This document shows positions 30,800-39,457 of a stretch of 64,000 bases of DNA, piece by piece; within the stretch, counting starts at the first letter, position 1, and every line of letters begins with the position of its first letter. The position numbers and the translations under genes are program-made. The stretch comes from Clostridia bacterium (GTDB lineage: Bacteria > Bacillota > Clostridia > TANB77 > CAG-508): positions 11 through 64,010 of the forward strand of contig JAFXGW010000003.1 in the NCBI GenBank assembly GCA_017536685.1, in the 5' to 3' direction. The notes below the pieces were generated by a model that was given only the letters and a program-made list of their open reading frames with translations, had not been told where the DNA came from and did no database searches.

Positions 30800-31894
30800 A
30801 TGAAAATAGGAATAGTTGGACTTCCAAATGTTGGAAAAAGCACCTTATTTAACAGTATAACTAAAGCTGGAGCTGAATGTGCAAATTATCCTTTTTGTAC
30901 AATAGAACCAAACGTGGGAGTTGTTGCTGTACCGGATGAAAGAGTAGAAAAACTTGCGGAAATTTATAATCCTCAAAAAGTTACAAATGCAGTAGTTGAG
31001 TTTGTTGATATTGCAGGATTAGTTAGAGGAGCAAGCAAAGGCGAAGGTTTAGGAAATAAATTCTTATCTCATATTAGAGAAGTAGATAGTATTCTTCAGG
31101 TTGTTAGATGCTTTGAAAATTCAAATATAGTTCATGTAGATGGAAATATAGATCCACTTCGTGATATTGAAACAATAAATCTTGAATTAATTTTTGCAGA
31201 TTTGGAAACAATAGAGAAAAGACTAGAAAGAGCAAGAAAATTACTAAAAGCAGATAAAAAATATCAATTTGAGATTGATACTTTAGAAAAAGTAAAAACA
31301 GTTTTAAACAATGGAAAATGTGCGAGAACTTTAGAGTATACTGATGAAGAAAAAGATGTTTTAAAAGAAAGCTTTTTATTAACAATTAAACCAGTATTAT
31401 ATGTAGCAAATGTTTCTGAAAATGAATTAGAGAATGCAGATTTAAATTCTAATGTTATTAGAGTGAAGGAATTTGCAAAAACAGAAAACGCAGAAGTTAT
31501 ACCACTATGTGTCAAAATTGAAGAAGAATTAAGCGTTTTAGAAAAAGATGAAAAACAAGAAATGCTTGAAGCATTAGGCTTAGAAGAATCTGGGCTTGAT
31601 AAATTGATAAAAGCAAGCTATAGATTATTAGGTTTAATGTCATTTTTAACAGCTGGAGAACCAGAAGTTAGAGCTTGGACGATAAAAATAGGAACAAAAG
31701 CTCCACAAGCAGCAGGAAAAATCCACTCAGATATTGAAAGAGGCTTTATAAAAGCTGAAGTTATCTCTTTTAATGATTTAATGAAATGTGATGGTTCTAT
31801 GGTTCAAGCAAGAGAAAAAGGTTTAATTCGCCAAGAAGGAAAAGAATATATAATGCAAGATGGAGATATTGTTTTATTTAGATTTAATGTCTAA
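30800..31894 (+). CDS. ychF: Ribosome-binding ATPase YchF
   Basis: 364 aa. MKIGIVGLPNVGKSTLFN, DIAGLVRGASKGEGLGNKFL and the C-terminal TGS-like domain are typical of YchF. Confidence 0.96.
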   Translation: MKIGIVGLPNVGKSTLFNSITKAGAECANYPFCTIEPNVGVVAVPDERVEKLAEIYNPQKVTNAVVEFVDIAGLVRGASKGEGLGNKFLSHIREVDSILQVVRCFENSNIVHVDGNIDPLRDIETINLELIFADLETIEKRLERARKLLKADKKYQFEIDTLEKVKTVLNNGKCARTLEYTDEEKDVLKESFLLTIKPVLYVANVSENELENADLNSNVIRVKEFAKTENAEVIPLCVKIEEELSVLEKDEKQEMLEALGLEESGLDKLIKASYRLLGLMSFLTAGEPEVRAWTIKIGTKAPQAAGKIHSDIERGFIKAEVISFNDLMKCDGSMVQAREKGLIRQEGKEYIMQDGDIVLFRFNV

Positions 31895-31935
31895 TATTAC
31901 AATTTTGTTAAAAAAGTAAAAAATACAAAAAAAAC

Positions 31936-31964
31936 TTGCAATAAAAAATAGCATTTGTTATAAT
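31936..31964 (+). promoter_or_regulatory. Putative promoter (TTGCAA-17-TGTTATAAT)
   Basis: Hexamers at 31936-31941 and 31959-31964 with an upstream TG. Confidence 0.55.
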
Positions 31965-31997
31965 ATGAGCAGATGTTAAGAATAGGGAGATGGGAAA

Positions 31998-32387
31998 ATG
32001 TTAAAATTAATCAAAGAAAAAATGTTAGTTAGTTTAGTAGTTGTTATGTTAGTTGTTATGGTATTTGGTAGCGTAAATTCACTTGCTACTGTAATAAAAC
32101 CATCATCAACGTCAAATTCAAATACAACAAATACAAGCGTAGAAAATACAGTTGGAGCTGCTACTAGCAATAAAAATACAAATAATACAAATAAAGCAAA
32201 TGCGATTTCATCATCTGTAAATTCATCTAACAAAACAAACACTTCAAAATACAATAATACAAACACAAACAAATCAGCATCAAAACTACCTTATGCTGGA
32301 ACAAATTCTTCAATGGTATTTGTAGTAATTGCCCTTGTAGCATCAGCAGTATATGCGTACAAAAAAGTATCTGATTATAATATTTAA
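31998..32387 (+). CDS. Small N/T/S-rich secreted protein with LPxxG-type (LPYAG) cell-wall sorting signal
   Basis: 129 aa. It has an N-terminal signal peptide and a low-complexity N/T/S-rich middle. The C-terminus LPYAG-TNSS-MVFVVIALVASAVYAY-KK shows the tripartite sortase-signal layout. Confidence 0.65.
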   Translation: MLKLIKEKMLVSLVVVMLVVMVFGSVNSLATVIKPSSTSNSNTTNTSVENTVGAATSNKNTNNTNKANAISSSVNSSNKTNTSKYNNTNTNKSASKLPYAGTNSSMVFVVIALVASAVYAYKKVSDYNI

Positions 32388-32404
32388 TGAACTAACAATA
32401 AATA

Positions 32405-32436
32405 TAAGCACACTATTAGAGTGTGCTTTTTGTATT
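32405..32436 (+). terminator. Rho-independent terminator
   Basis: AAGCACACT (32406-32414) pairs with AGTGTGCTT (32420-32428), followed by a T-run. Confidence 0.85.
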
Positions 32437-32499
32437 TTATAGAATAAAGTTTAAATCAAATAAATGTTTACAAAAAATACAAATAATTTTTTAAAAGTG

Positions 32500-32528
32500 T
32501 TGATATTTTAAATAAATCTTGTTATAAT
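32500..32528 (+). promoter_or_regulatory. Putative promoter (TTGATA-17-TGTTATAAT)
   Basis: Hexamers at 32500-32505 and 32523-32528 with an upstream TG. Confidence 0.5.
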
Positions 32529-32550
32529 GATAAAAAATTATTTTACAAAA

Positions 32551-32590
32551 GATACAGATAATTTGCGTTATTTGTGTCTTTTTTTATTTT
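32551..32590 (+). terminator. Terminator-like hairpin in the leader of the BY-kinase-like gene
   Basis: GAUACAGAUAA (32551-32561) pairs with UUAUUUGUGUC (32568-32578) over 11 bp, including two G-U pairs. It is followed by TTTTTTTATTTTT and lies between the promoter at 32500-32528 and ATG 32621. Confidence 0.5.
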
Positions 32591-32620
32591 TGATTTTAAT
32601 ATGAAATAGAGGGGAAAGAA

Positions 32621-35251
32621 ATGTTGTTTTTTAAAAGAATAAAGCAAATAGTATTTAATGAAAAAATAAAATCAAATGAACAGATAAAAACAGAATTATC
32701 TTTAAAAACAATTGCAGAAATACCTTTAAAAGATGATAAAAATGTAGTAGAACTAATAGTTTTTGAAAAAGAAAAATCATTAAGAGTAAAAGCTTTTAAG
32801 AATTTAATAACTAATGTTCAATTTTTATGTGTAAATAATATGACAGATAAAAAGGTTATGTTAGTAACTAGTCCAGAAACTAAAACAGGAAAAAGTTATG
32901 TTGTAGCCAATATGGCAATAAGCTTTGCTGAAATTGGAAAAAAAGTTTTAATAATAGATGCAGATATGTCAAATGGAAGACAAGATAAAATTTTCAATGT
33001 TCCAAATAATCTAGGGTTATCAAATTATTTATCAAATTTAGATTCAAATGGTATAGAGATTAATGAATTTTTAAGCAAATTTATAAATGAAACTACAATA
33101 AAAAATGTAAATTTAATAACCTCTGGAACTGTACCGCCTAATCCAGAAGAATTATTATCTTCAAAAAGACTTGCTGAAATGATAAAAGATGCAAAAGTAT
33201 TTTTTGATATTATAATCATAGATTCAAGTGAGCTTTTTAATAAAACGGAAAACTTGCTATTAGCTAAAAATGTTAATTCTACTATCATTGTAGCTAGTTA
33301 TAATGAAACAACAATGCAAGACTTAGAAAATTGTAAAAAAGATATTGAAAATATTGGTGGAAAAGTACTAGGAGTAGTATTAAATAAAGTAAAAAGCAAG
33401 AAAGAGAAAAAAACAAAAGAACAAAAGAAAGAAGAATTTTTAAAATTAAGATTAAAATTAAAAGAAAAAATACATGATACTATAGAGAAAATTAAGCAAA
33501 AAATTAATCAATCTTCTCCAAAATTATTGGAGGAAGCAAAAAAAGGTGATTTACAAAAAGAATCTAAAAACAACGAAGATATAAAAGCAAATGAAAAAAT
33601 AATAAGTAATTCTACTTCTGAAAATGAAAAGGGAATTAATGAAAAGTTAGAGTTGAAAAAAGAAAATACAGAAAAAGAAAATGTAGAAAAATGTGAGGAA
33701 AGCAAAAAAATATTTTTAATAGAAAAGTTAAAAAATATTAAATTTCCTAATAAAGATGTTTTAAAAGAGAAAATTCAAAAAACAGAAGATAATATAGATG
33801 TAGGAGAAAAATTAGAAAGTAACAGTGATAAAATAGAAAATGAAAATGTAAAAATAGTTATTGATCAAACAGTAAATGGAGAAACTGAAGAAAAAAATCA
33901 TATAAAAGAAAAAATGTTTTTTTCAGAAGCATTGATTAATACAAAAAATAAAATATTACAAAAAGTAAATATATTAAAAGAAAAAATTTTTAAGACTGAC
34001 AAATTAAAAGAAAATAATAAGTTGGAAAATAATGAAAAAACAGGAAATATACTTGAAGAAAATATAAAACAAAAATTCTCAAATATATATTCAAAGTGTA
34101 AAATAAACTGTATTGAAAAGTATAACTATTTAATAGCAAAAATAAAGAAAAGAAATGAAAAAGAGGAAAATATTGAAGAAAATTTGAAAGTAGAACCATT
34201 TATAGAAGAGAAAAAGAGCTTAGAGAAAAAAGAAATTCTAGACGATTCGATAAAAAATGAAAAAATGGTTTTAATTGTTATTGATGCTGAAAATGGATAT
34301 TGTAGAGTGTTCAGTAAAGAACATTTTACAGAAAGATTAGTTAGAGGTGTTGATAAAAAGACTGGATATTCTAAAGCTCATTATTCATTACGAAATTTAA
34401 GAAGAAAAAAAGATTATTTTTTAGATAGATATCAATTAACAGAATCTCAAGTAGAGAGGATAGATGTACTAGTATACGAAACATTAAAAGACTATGATGA
34501 ATATTTATGGATTGAAAGAAAAATGCTTTCAGATAAAGCGGAAAATTATGTTTTGGCTATGAGCAGAGAGTTTGAAAAAGAATTAGGTGAAACAGATAAG
34601 CAATATAAAGTAAGATGCCAAAGATTAAGACAAATCGAATTAGAAAATGCAGAATTAGATATAGAATATAAATTAGATAATCTATGGAAAACAACGAAAA
34701 TAAATTTATTTGATAAGTTAAATTTGAGTAAATTTGCTAGATTATATGAAATTGAGAAAAGAATGAAGAATGAATCAGAAATCATGAAAAGCAAAAAAAC
34801 AAAGAAATTTTATTCTGATATAATACTAGGAGCTGAAAAAAAATTAGAGAAAGCTAATAATGAAGAAAGAAAAAAAGAAGAGAATGAAAAACAAGTTATT
34901 GAAGAGGATAGAAAAATAAAGCAAGAAGAATTAAAATTAGAACAACAACAATTAGAAATAGAGAAAAGAGCTGCTCAAGAAAGAATTAAGATAGAACAGG
35001 AAAATGTAAGGGCTGAAAAAAGGGCAGAACAAGAAAGAATCAAAGAAGAAAAAAGAAAAGAACGTGAAATTGAAAAAATAGAGAGAAAAGAAGAAAATTT
35101 TAGAAGAAAAAAAGAAAAACAAAAACAAAAAGAAGAGGTTAAGTTTCAAAAAGAACGTGAGAAACTAAAACAAAGAGAAGAGGCAAAATTAGAAGAAGAG
35201 TTATTGGTTGATAATTTATATCCCAAAACTAAAAATAATAAAAATTTATAA
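32621..35251 (+). CDS. CpsD/CapB-type (BY-kinase/ParA-MinD superfamily) P-loop domain fused to a long K/E-rich C-terminal extension
   Basis: Residues ~50-260 carry FKNLITNVQF, Walker A VTSPETKTGKSYV, Walker A' VLIIDADM, SGTVPPNPEELLSS and Walker B IIIIDSS. The remaining ~600 aa are K/E/N-rich coiled-coil-like sequence, with one globular-looking block (~aa 545-710). There is no C-terminal Tyr cluster. Confidence 0.7.
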   Translation: MLFFKRIKQIVFNEKIKSNEQIKTELSLKTIAEIPLKDDKNVVELIVFEKEKSLRVKAFKNLITNVQFLCVNNMTDKKVMLVTSPETKTGKSYVVANMAISFAEIGKKVLIIDADMSNGRQDKIFNVPNNLGLSNYLSNLDSNGIEINEFLSKFINETTIKNVNLITSGTVPPNPEELLSSKRLAEMIKDAKVFFDIIIIDSSELFNKTENLLLAKNVNSTIIVASYNETTMQDLENCKKDIENIGGKVLGVVLNKVKSKKEKKTKEQKKEEFLKLRLKLKEKIHDTIEKIKQKINQSSPKLLEEAKKGDLQKESKNNEDIKANEKIISNSTSENEKGINEKLELKKENTEKENVEKCEESKKIFLIEKLKNIKFPNKDVLKEKIQKTEDNIDVGEKLESNSDKIENENVKIVIDQTVNGETEEKNHIKEKMFFSEALINTKNKILQKVNILKEKIFKTDKLKENNKLENNEKTGNILEENIKQKFSNIYSKCKINCIEKYNYLIAKIKKRNEKEENIEENLKVEPFIEEKKSLEKKEILDDSIKNEKMVLIVIDAENGYCRVFSKEHFTERLVRGVDKKTGYSKAHYSLRNLRRKKDYFLDRYQLTESQVERIDVLVYETLKDYDEYLWIERKMLSDKAENYVLAMSREFEKELGETDKQYKVRCQRLRQIELENAELDIEYKLDNLWKTTKINLFDKLNLSKFARLYEIEKRMKNESEIMKSKKTKKFYSDIILGAEKKLEKANNEERKKEENEKQVIEEDRKIKQEELKLEQQQLEIEKRAAQERIKIEQENVRAEKRAEQERIKEEKRKEREIEKIERKEENFRRKKEKQKQKEEVKFQKEREKLKQREEAKLEEELLVDNLYPKTKNNKNL

Positions 35252-35330
35252 TAAATAAAAGATTTACAAAATCACTTATAAATTAACACAAAAATATCAA
35301 TGTTTTTGAATTATCTTAAATTTTATCAAT

Positions 35331-35361
35331 AAAACGTAGCATATTTTGCTACGTTTTTTGT
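35331..35361 (+). terminator. Rho-independent terminator
   Basis: AAAACGTAGCA (35331-35341) pairs with TGCTACGTTTT (35348-35358). Confidence 0.85.
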
Positions 35362-35466
35362 AATAAATAAGAATGTTGTTGTTTTACAATCTTTTATAAA
35401 TAATTTTAAGACTATATTTGGATTATTATTATATTTTTATTTTTATTTAAAAAACTAATAAAAATC

Positions 35467-35495
35467 TTGAAAATATAATAATATATCTATATAAT
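35467..35495 (+). promoter_or_regulatory. Putative promoter (TTGAAA-17-TATAAT)
   Basis: Hexamers at 35467-35472 and 35490-35495. Confidence 0.5.
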
Positions 35496-35530
35496 ATTAT
35501 AGAATACAATAGATAAAAATGGAGGATTTT

Positions 35531-35755
35531 ATGGAAGAAAAAGGAAAATTCAGTGATGCATTTAATTCTTTAAATGGTAATCTAGATTTAAGAATTGCTG
35601 TATTAGAAAATTCAAACAAATTAAAAGAAATGGGAATAGATAGTCCAAAACAAATTGAAAGACTATATAGAAGCGGAGACTTTCTAGCATTTCATGATCC
35701 ATTAAAAATATCTAATCTAGAAATGTTTGGAATAGATAATGATGTAACAGATTAA
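35531..35755 (+). CDS. Hypothetical protein, N-terminal piece of a gene interrupted by an in-frame TAA
   Basis: A perfect SD GGAGG (35522-35526) lies 4 nt before ATG 35531. The ORF ends at TAA 35753-35755. The downstream ORF is in the same frame. Confidence 0.5.
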   Translation: MEEKGKFSDAFNSLNGNLDLRIAVLENSNKLKEMGIDSPKQIERLYRSGDFLAFHDPLKISNLEMFGIDNDVTD

Positions 35756-35773
35756 ATTCTTGTTGCAGAAGTA

Positions 35774-36991
35774 ATGGATAAAACAAGAGGTCATAAAGCG
35801 TATCAATTTGTAAATGTAAGCGATACAGACAAAATGAAAAAAGGTGATATATTAACGTTAGATCCAGAAAAAGAAGGAAAAGAAGAAGGAACTGAATTTC
35901 AAGAAGCTTTTGAAGAATATTGTATAAATATACTTAAAGAAAAAATCCCTAATATAGATCAAGTAGCATCAAAAGATGAAATTATGAATGCTTTAGGAAT
36001 AAAAACTTACGAAGATGTAATATATATGGCTGCAAAAGATGGTGGATTAAGAGAACAAATTCTAAGTAGAGTAAAAACTCCTGAAGATAGAGCAAAATTT
36101 GTAAAAGAACTTAATGTCGATAAGAGTGAATTAAATAAAGATGGAAATACTGAAGATTTAACAAATGAAGAAGAGTCAAAAGAAGGAATGACAATTGAAG
36201 AGGCTTCTGAAATTTTAGGTATTGAGGAAGACAAGCTTAGAGATGTTGCTGGTGATGATGGTAAGATATTAGGAATCAAAAGAACAGGAAATATTGAGGC
36301 ATTATCAAGACAATTAGGAACAGAACTTGAAGACACGAGCTCTGATGTAATATTATTAAAAGTTGCTGGTCCGGCGGTGAAAAGTGAAGGTTTAATTTTA
36401 AATAGTGATGGTTCTAAATTATATACACCAGAAAATGGAGATACAACCTTAATTACAGAACTTGTAGAAGATGGAGCTAATGGAGATTATATTGAAGATA
36501 TAGATAAAGCAATACAAGAACGAGGTGTGGAGAGTAAAAAAATCGAAACAATAGATCCGGTAACAGGAAAGCCTGTTATTGAATTCGCAGAAAAAGGAAA
36601 CGAAAGAGCAGTTTCAGGATACGAAAGTGATAGCAAACAATTGTTAGAAGAATTGTCAGAAAAAATACAAATTATTGAAGATGGTCCTGGAGAAAGATCA
36701 GATAAATTAACTATGATTGCAGATGTACTATATAGCACTAAAAGCAGATTAAATGATTTACAGTCAGCATATAACATACAAGAAAACAATAGTTTAGATT
36801 CTTTAGAAAGTAAAGCAGAAGAATATGCAGCAGAAGCTGAGGTTGCCCATGCAAAAGAAACTGCAGAAGATGTTGTTGCAGGTGTTGTTACAGGCTTAGG
36901 CGTTGCTATGTTTGGGAAAGAAAAAGATGAAGATGATCCTTATGAAAAATATTCGCAAGGAAGATTACCGAAGCATTTAATGGATGATTAA
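35774..36991 (+). CDS. Hypothetical highly acidic protein, C-terminal piece of the same reading frame
   Basis: 405-aa D/E-rich ORF in the same frame as 35531-35755. There is no convincing SD before ATG 35774. metG starts 30 nt after its stop. Confidence 0.5.
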   Translation: MDKTRGHKAYQFVNVSDTDKMKKGDILTLDPEKEGKEEGTEFQEAFEEYCINILKEKIPNIDQVASKDEIMNALGIKTYEDVIYMAAKDGGLREQILSRVKTPEDRAKFVKELNVDKSELNKDGNTEDLTNEEESKEGMTIEEASEILGIEEDKLRDVAGDDGKILGIKRTGNIEALSRQLGTELEDTSSDVILLKVAGPAVKSEGLILNSDGSKLYTPENGDTTLITELVEDGANGDYIEDIDKAIQERGVESKKIETIDPVTGKPVIEFAEKGNERAVSGYESDSKQLLEELSEKIQIIEDGPGERSDKLTMIADVLYSTKSRLNDLQSAYNIQENNSLDSLESKAEEYAAEAEVAHAKETAEDVVAGVVTGLGVAMFGKEKDEDDPYEKYSQGRLPKHLMDD

Positions 36992-37020
36992 TAAAATTTT
37001 AAACTAAGAAAGGAAATATT

Positions 37021-38619
37021 ATGAAAAGAAACATACTTATTGGAGGAGCTTGGCCATATGCTAATAGCTCATTACACTTAGGACATATAGCAGGGCTAAT
37101 ATCAGGAGACTTGCTTGCAAGATACTATAGATTAAAAGGAGATAATGTTCTTTATGTATCAGGTTCAGACTGTCATGGAACACCAATTACAGAAAGAGCT
37201 AAAAAAGAAAAAACAACTCCTAAAGAAATAGCTAGCAAATATGATGAAGAATTCAATAGAATGTTTAATGGATATCAATTTTCTTATGATTTATATTCAA
37301 GAACTTTTGATGATTATCACAAAGAAAAAGTTCAAGAATTATTCAAAAAATTATATGACAACGGATATATTTATGAAAAAACAGAACCACAAGCATATTG
37401 CAAGCATTGTGATAAATTCTTGTCTGATAGAGAAATTACTTTAACTTGTCCAGAATGTGGACAAGAAACAAAAGGAGATCAATGTGACGCTTGTCTTCAT
37501 GTTCCAACAGGAGCTGAATTAATGACAGGAAATTGCATTGACTGTGGAGCGAGTGTTGTTGAAAGAGAAAATAAAGTTTTATATTTAGCACTTTCTAAAT
37601 TCCAAAAAGAAATTGAAGAACATACAGATAAAGTTAAACATGAATGGAGAATAAATGCTCAAAATGAAACTTTAAAATATTTAAAACAAGGTTTACTAGA
37701 TAGAGCAGTAACAAGAGATTTAACTTGGGGCGTAGATATTCCACTTCCAGGATATGATGACAAAAAAATGTATGTATGGATTGAAGCTGTTATGGGATAT
37801 ATAACAGATACAATGAAAGTTTGTGAATCAAGAACAGATTGCACATGGGAAGATTTCTGGAAAGAAGGACACAACAATAAAATATATATGTGCCATGGAA
37901 AAGATAATATAATGTTCCATAGTATAATTTTAAATGCTTTACTTTTGGGGCAAAAAGAAAATTATCATTTAGTAGATACAATAGTTTCAGCGGAATATTT
38001 AAATTTTAATGATCAAAAATTCTCTAAGAGCAAAGGCATTGGCATGACAGCTTTAGAAGCTTTAGATTTATATAATTCTGATTCATTAAGATATCATTTA
38101 TTATCAAATGGACCAGAAAAGAAAGACACAAACTTTACAATCGAAGATTTTGAAAACACTCATAATGGAGAAATTTTAAATAAATTTGGTAACTTAGTAA
38201 ATAGAACTTTAAGATTTAAAGGATTAGAAGAAATACCAGCAGGAAATTTAGATGAAGGAATTAAAACCGAAATCGAAAGAACATATAATGAGGCTGGAGA
38301 TTTAATTGAAAAATTAGAATTTAGAGAAGCAATTAAAAAGGTTATGGAACTTGTTGAAATAGGAAATAAATTCTATGATGAAAAACAGCCTTGGATAGCA
38401 AAAAAGGAAAATATTGATGAGTTTAATAATATCATATATACATGTTCAGTAGTAATAGCAAACCTTGCAAATTTATTTGCGCCAGTAATGCCTACTGCAT
38501 GCAGAAAAATAAGAGAGTATTTAAAATTAGAAAATGCTTCTTGGAATTTTGTTTCAGTAGAACCTGGATTAAAACTAGAAAATATTGAACCATTATTTAC
38601 AAGAATTGATAAAAAATAA
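37021..38619 (+). CDS. metG: Methionine--tRNA ligase
   Basis: 532 aa. It has the HIGH-type motif (PYANSSLHLGHIAG), zinc knuckles (CKHCDKF...CPECG, CDAC...CIDCG) and the KMSKS-type motif (KFSKSKG). Confidence 0.95.
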   Translation: MKRNILIGGAWPYANSSLHLGHIAGLISGDLLARYYRLKGDNVLYVSGSDCHGTPITERAKKEKTTPKEIASKYDEEFNRMFNGYQFSYDLYSRTFDDYHKEKVQELFKKLYDNGYIYEKTEPQAYCKHCDKFLSDREITLTCPECGQETKGDQCDACLHVPTGAELMTGNCIDCGASVVERENKVLYLALSKFQKEIEEHTDKVKHEWRINAQNETLKYLKQGLLDRAVTRDLTWGVDIPLPGYDDKKMYVWIEAVMGYITDTMKVCESRTDCTWEDFWKEGHNNKIYMCHGKDNIMFHSIILNALLLGQKENYHLVDTIVSAEYLNFNDQKFSKSKGIGMTALEALDLYNSDSLRYHLLSNGPEKKDTNFTIEDFENTHNGEILNKFGNLVNRTLRFKGLEEIPAGNLDEGIKTEIERTYNEAGDLIEKLEFREAIKKVMELVEIGNKFYDEKQPWIAKKENIDEFNNIIYTCSVVIANLANLFAPVMPTACRKIREYLKLENASWNFVSVEPGLKLENIEPLFTRIDKK

Positions 38620-38666
38620 CATAAATTATTATAGAAATGTTTAATTTTATGTATAAATTATAAACA

Positions 38667-38710
38667 TCTAGATAATCTAATAAGTTTTGTTAGATTATCT
38701 AGAATTTGAA
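38667..38710 (+). terminator. Hairpin terminator after metG
   Basis: A 14-bp perfect stem, TCTAGATAATCTAA (38667-38680) with TTAGATTATCTAGA (38690-38703). The T-run is weak. Confidence 0.6.
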
Positions 38711-38756
38711 TTAAACCTTTTGAAAACATAAAATATAAAATTAAGAGGATAAAATT

Positions 38757-39437
38757 ATGGGAAAATTATTTGTAATAGATGGAACAGATGGAAGTGGAAA
38801 ACAAACACAATTTGATTTATTAAAAAGACATTTAACGGAAGATGGAATTGAATATAGAACTGTAAGTTTTCCAAATTATGATAGTCCATCATCTTCACTT
38901 GTAAAAATGTATTTGTCAGGTGAGTTTGGTGAAAATGCAAAAGATGTTAGTCCATATATAGCATCAACATTTTATGCTGCAGATAGATACGCTACTTTTA
39001 AAAAAGATTTAAAAGAATATTATGATAATGGTGGAATAATTTTAGCAGACAGATATACAACAGCTAATATGGTACATCAAGCTGGAAAAATAATGGATGA
39101 AAAAGAAAGAGAAAAATATTTGAATTGGCTTTTTGATTTAGAGTTTAATATTTATGGATTACCAGTTCCTACTGAAGTATTTTTCTTAAATATGCCACCA
39201 AAAAAAGTTGAAGAATTAATTAAAAATAGAGAAAATAAGTTTACTCATAATGATAAGAAAGATATACATGAAAGAGATGCAAAACACTTAGAAGATTCGT
39301 ATAATGCAGCCTGTAGTTTGGTTGAAAAATATAATTGGAATGAAGTTAAATGCGTTAAGAATGATGAAATAAGAACAAGAGAAGATATACATAATGAAAT
39401 TTACAATATAGTATATAAAGAAATACAAAAGAAATAA
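38757..39437 (+). CDS. tmk: Thymidylate kinase-family (dTMP/deoxynucleoside kinase-like) protein
   Basis: 226 aa. The P-loop FVIDGTDGSGKQTQ, the DRY motif (ILADRYTTAN) and the size match the clostridial-type Tmk family. Confidence 0.7.
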   Translation: MGKLFVIDGTDGSGKQTQFDLLKRHLTEDGIEYRTVSFPNYDSPSSSLVKMYLSGEFGENAKDVSPYIASTFYAADRYATFKKDLKEYYDNGGIILADRYTTANMVHQAGKIMDEKEREKYLNWLFDLEFNIYGLPVPTEVFFLNMPPKKVEELIKNRENKFTHNDKKDIHERDAKHLEDSYNAACSLVEKYNWNEVKCVKNDEIRTREDIHNEIYNIVYKEIQKK

Positions 39438-39457
39438 TAAACTCATGAGGGTATAAT

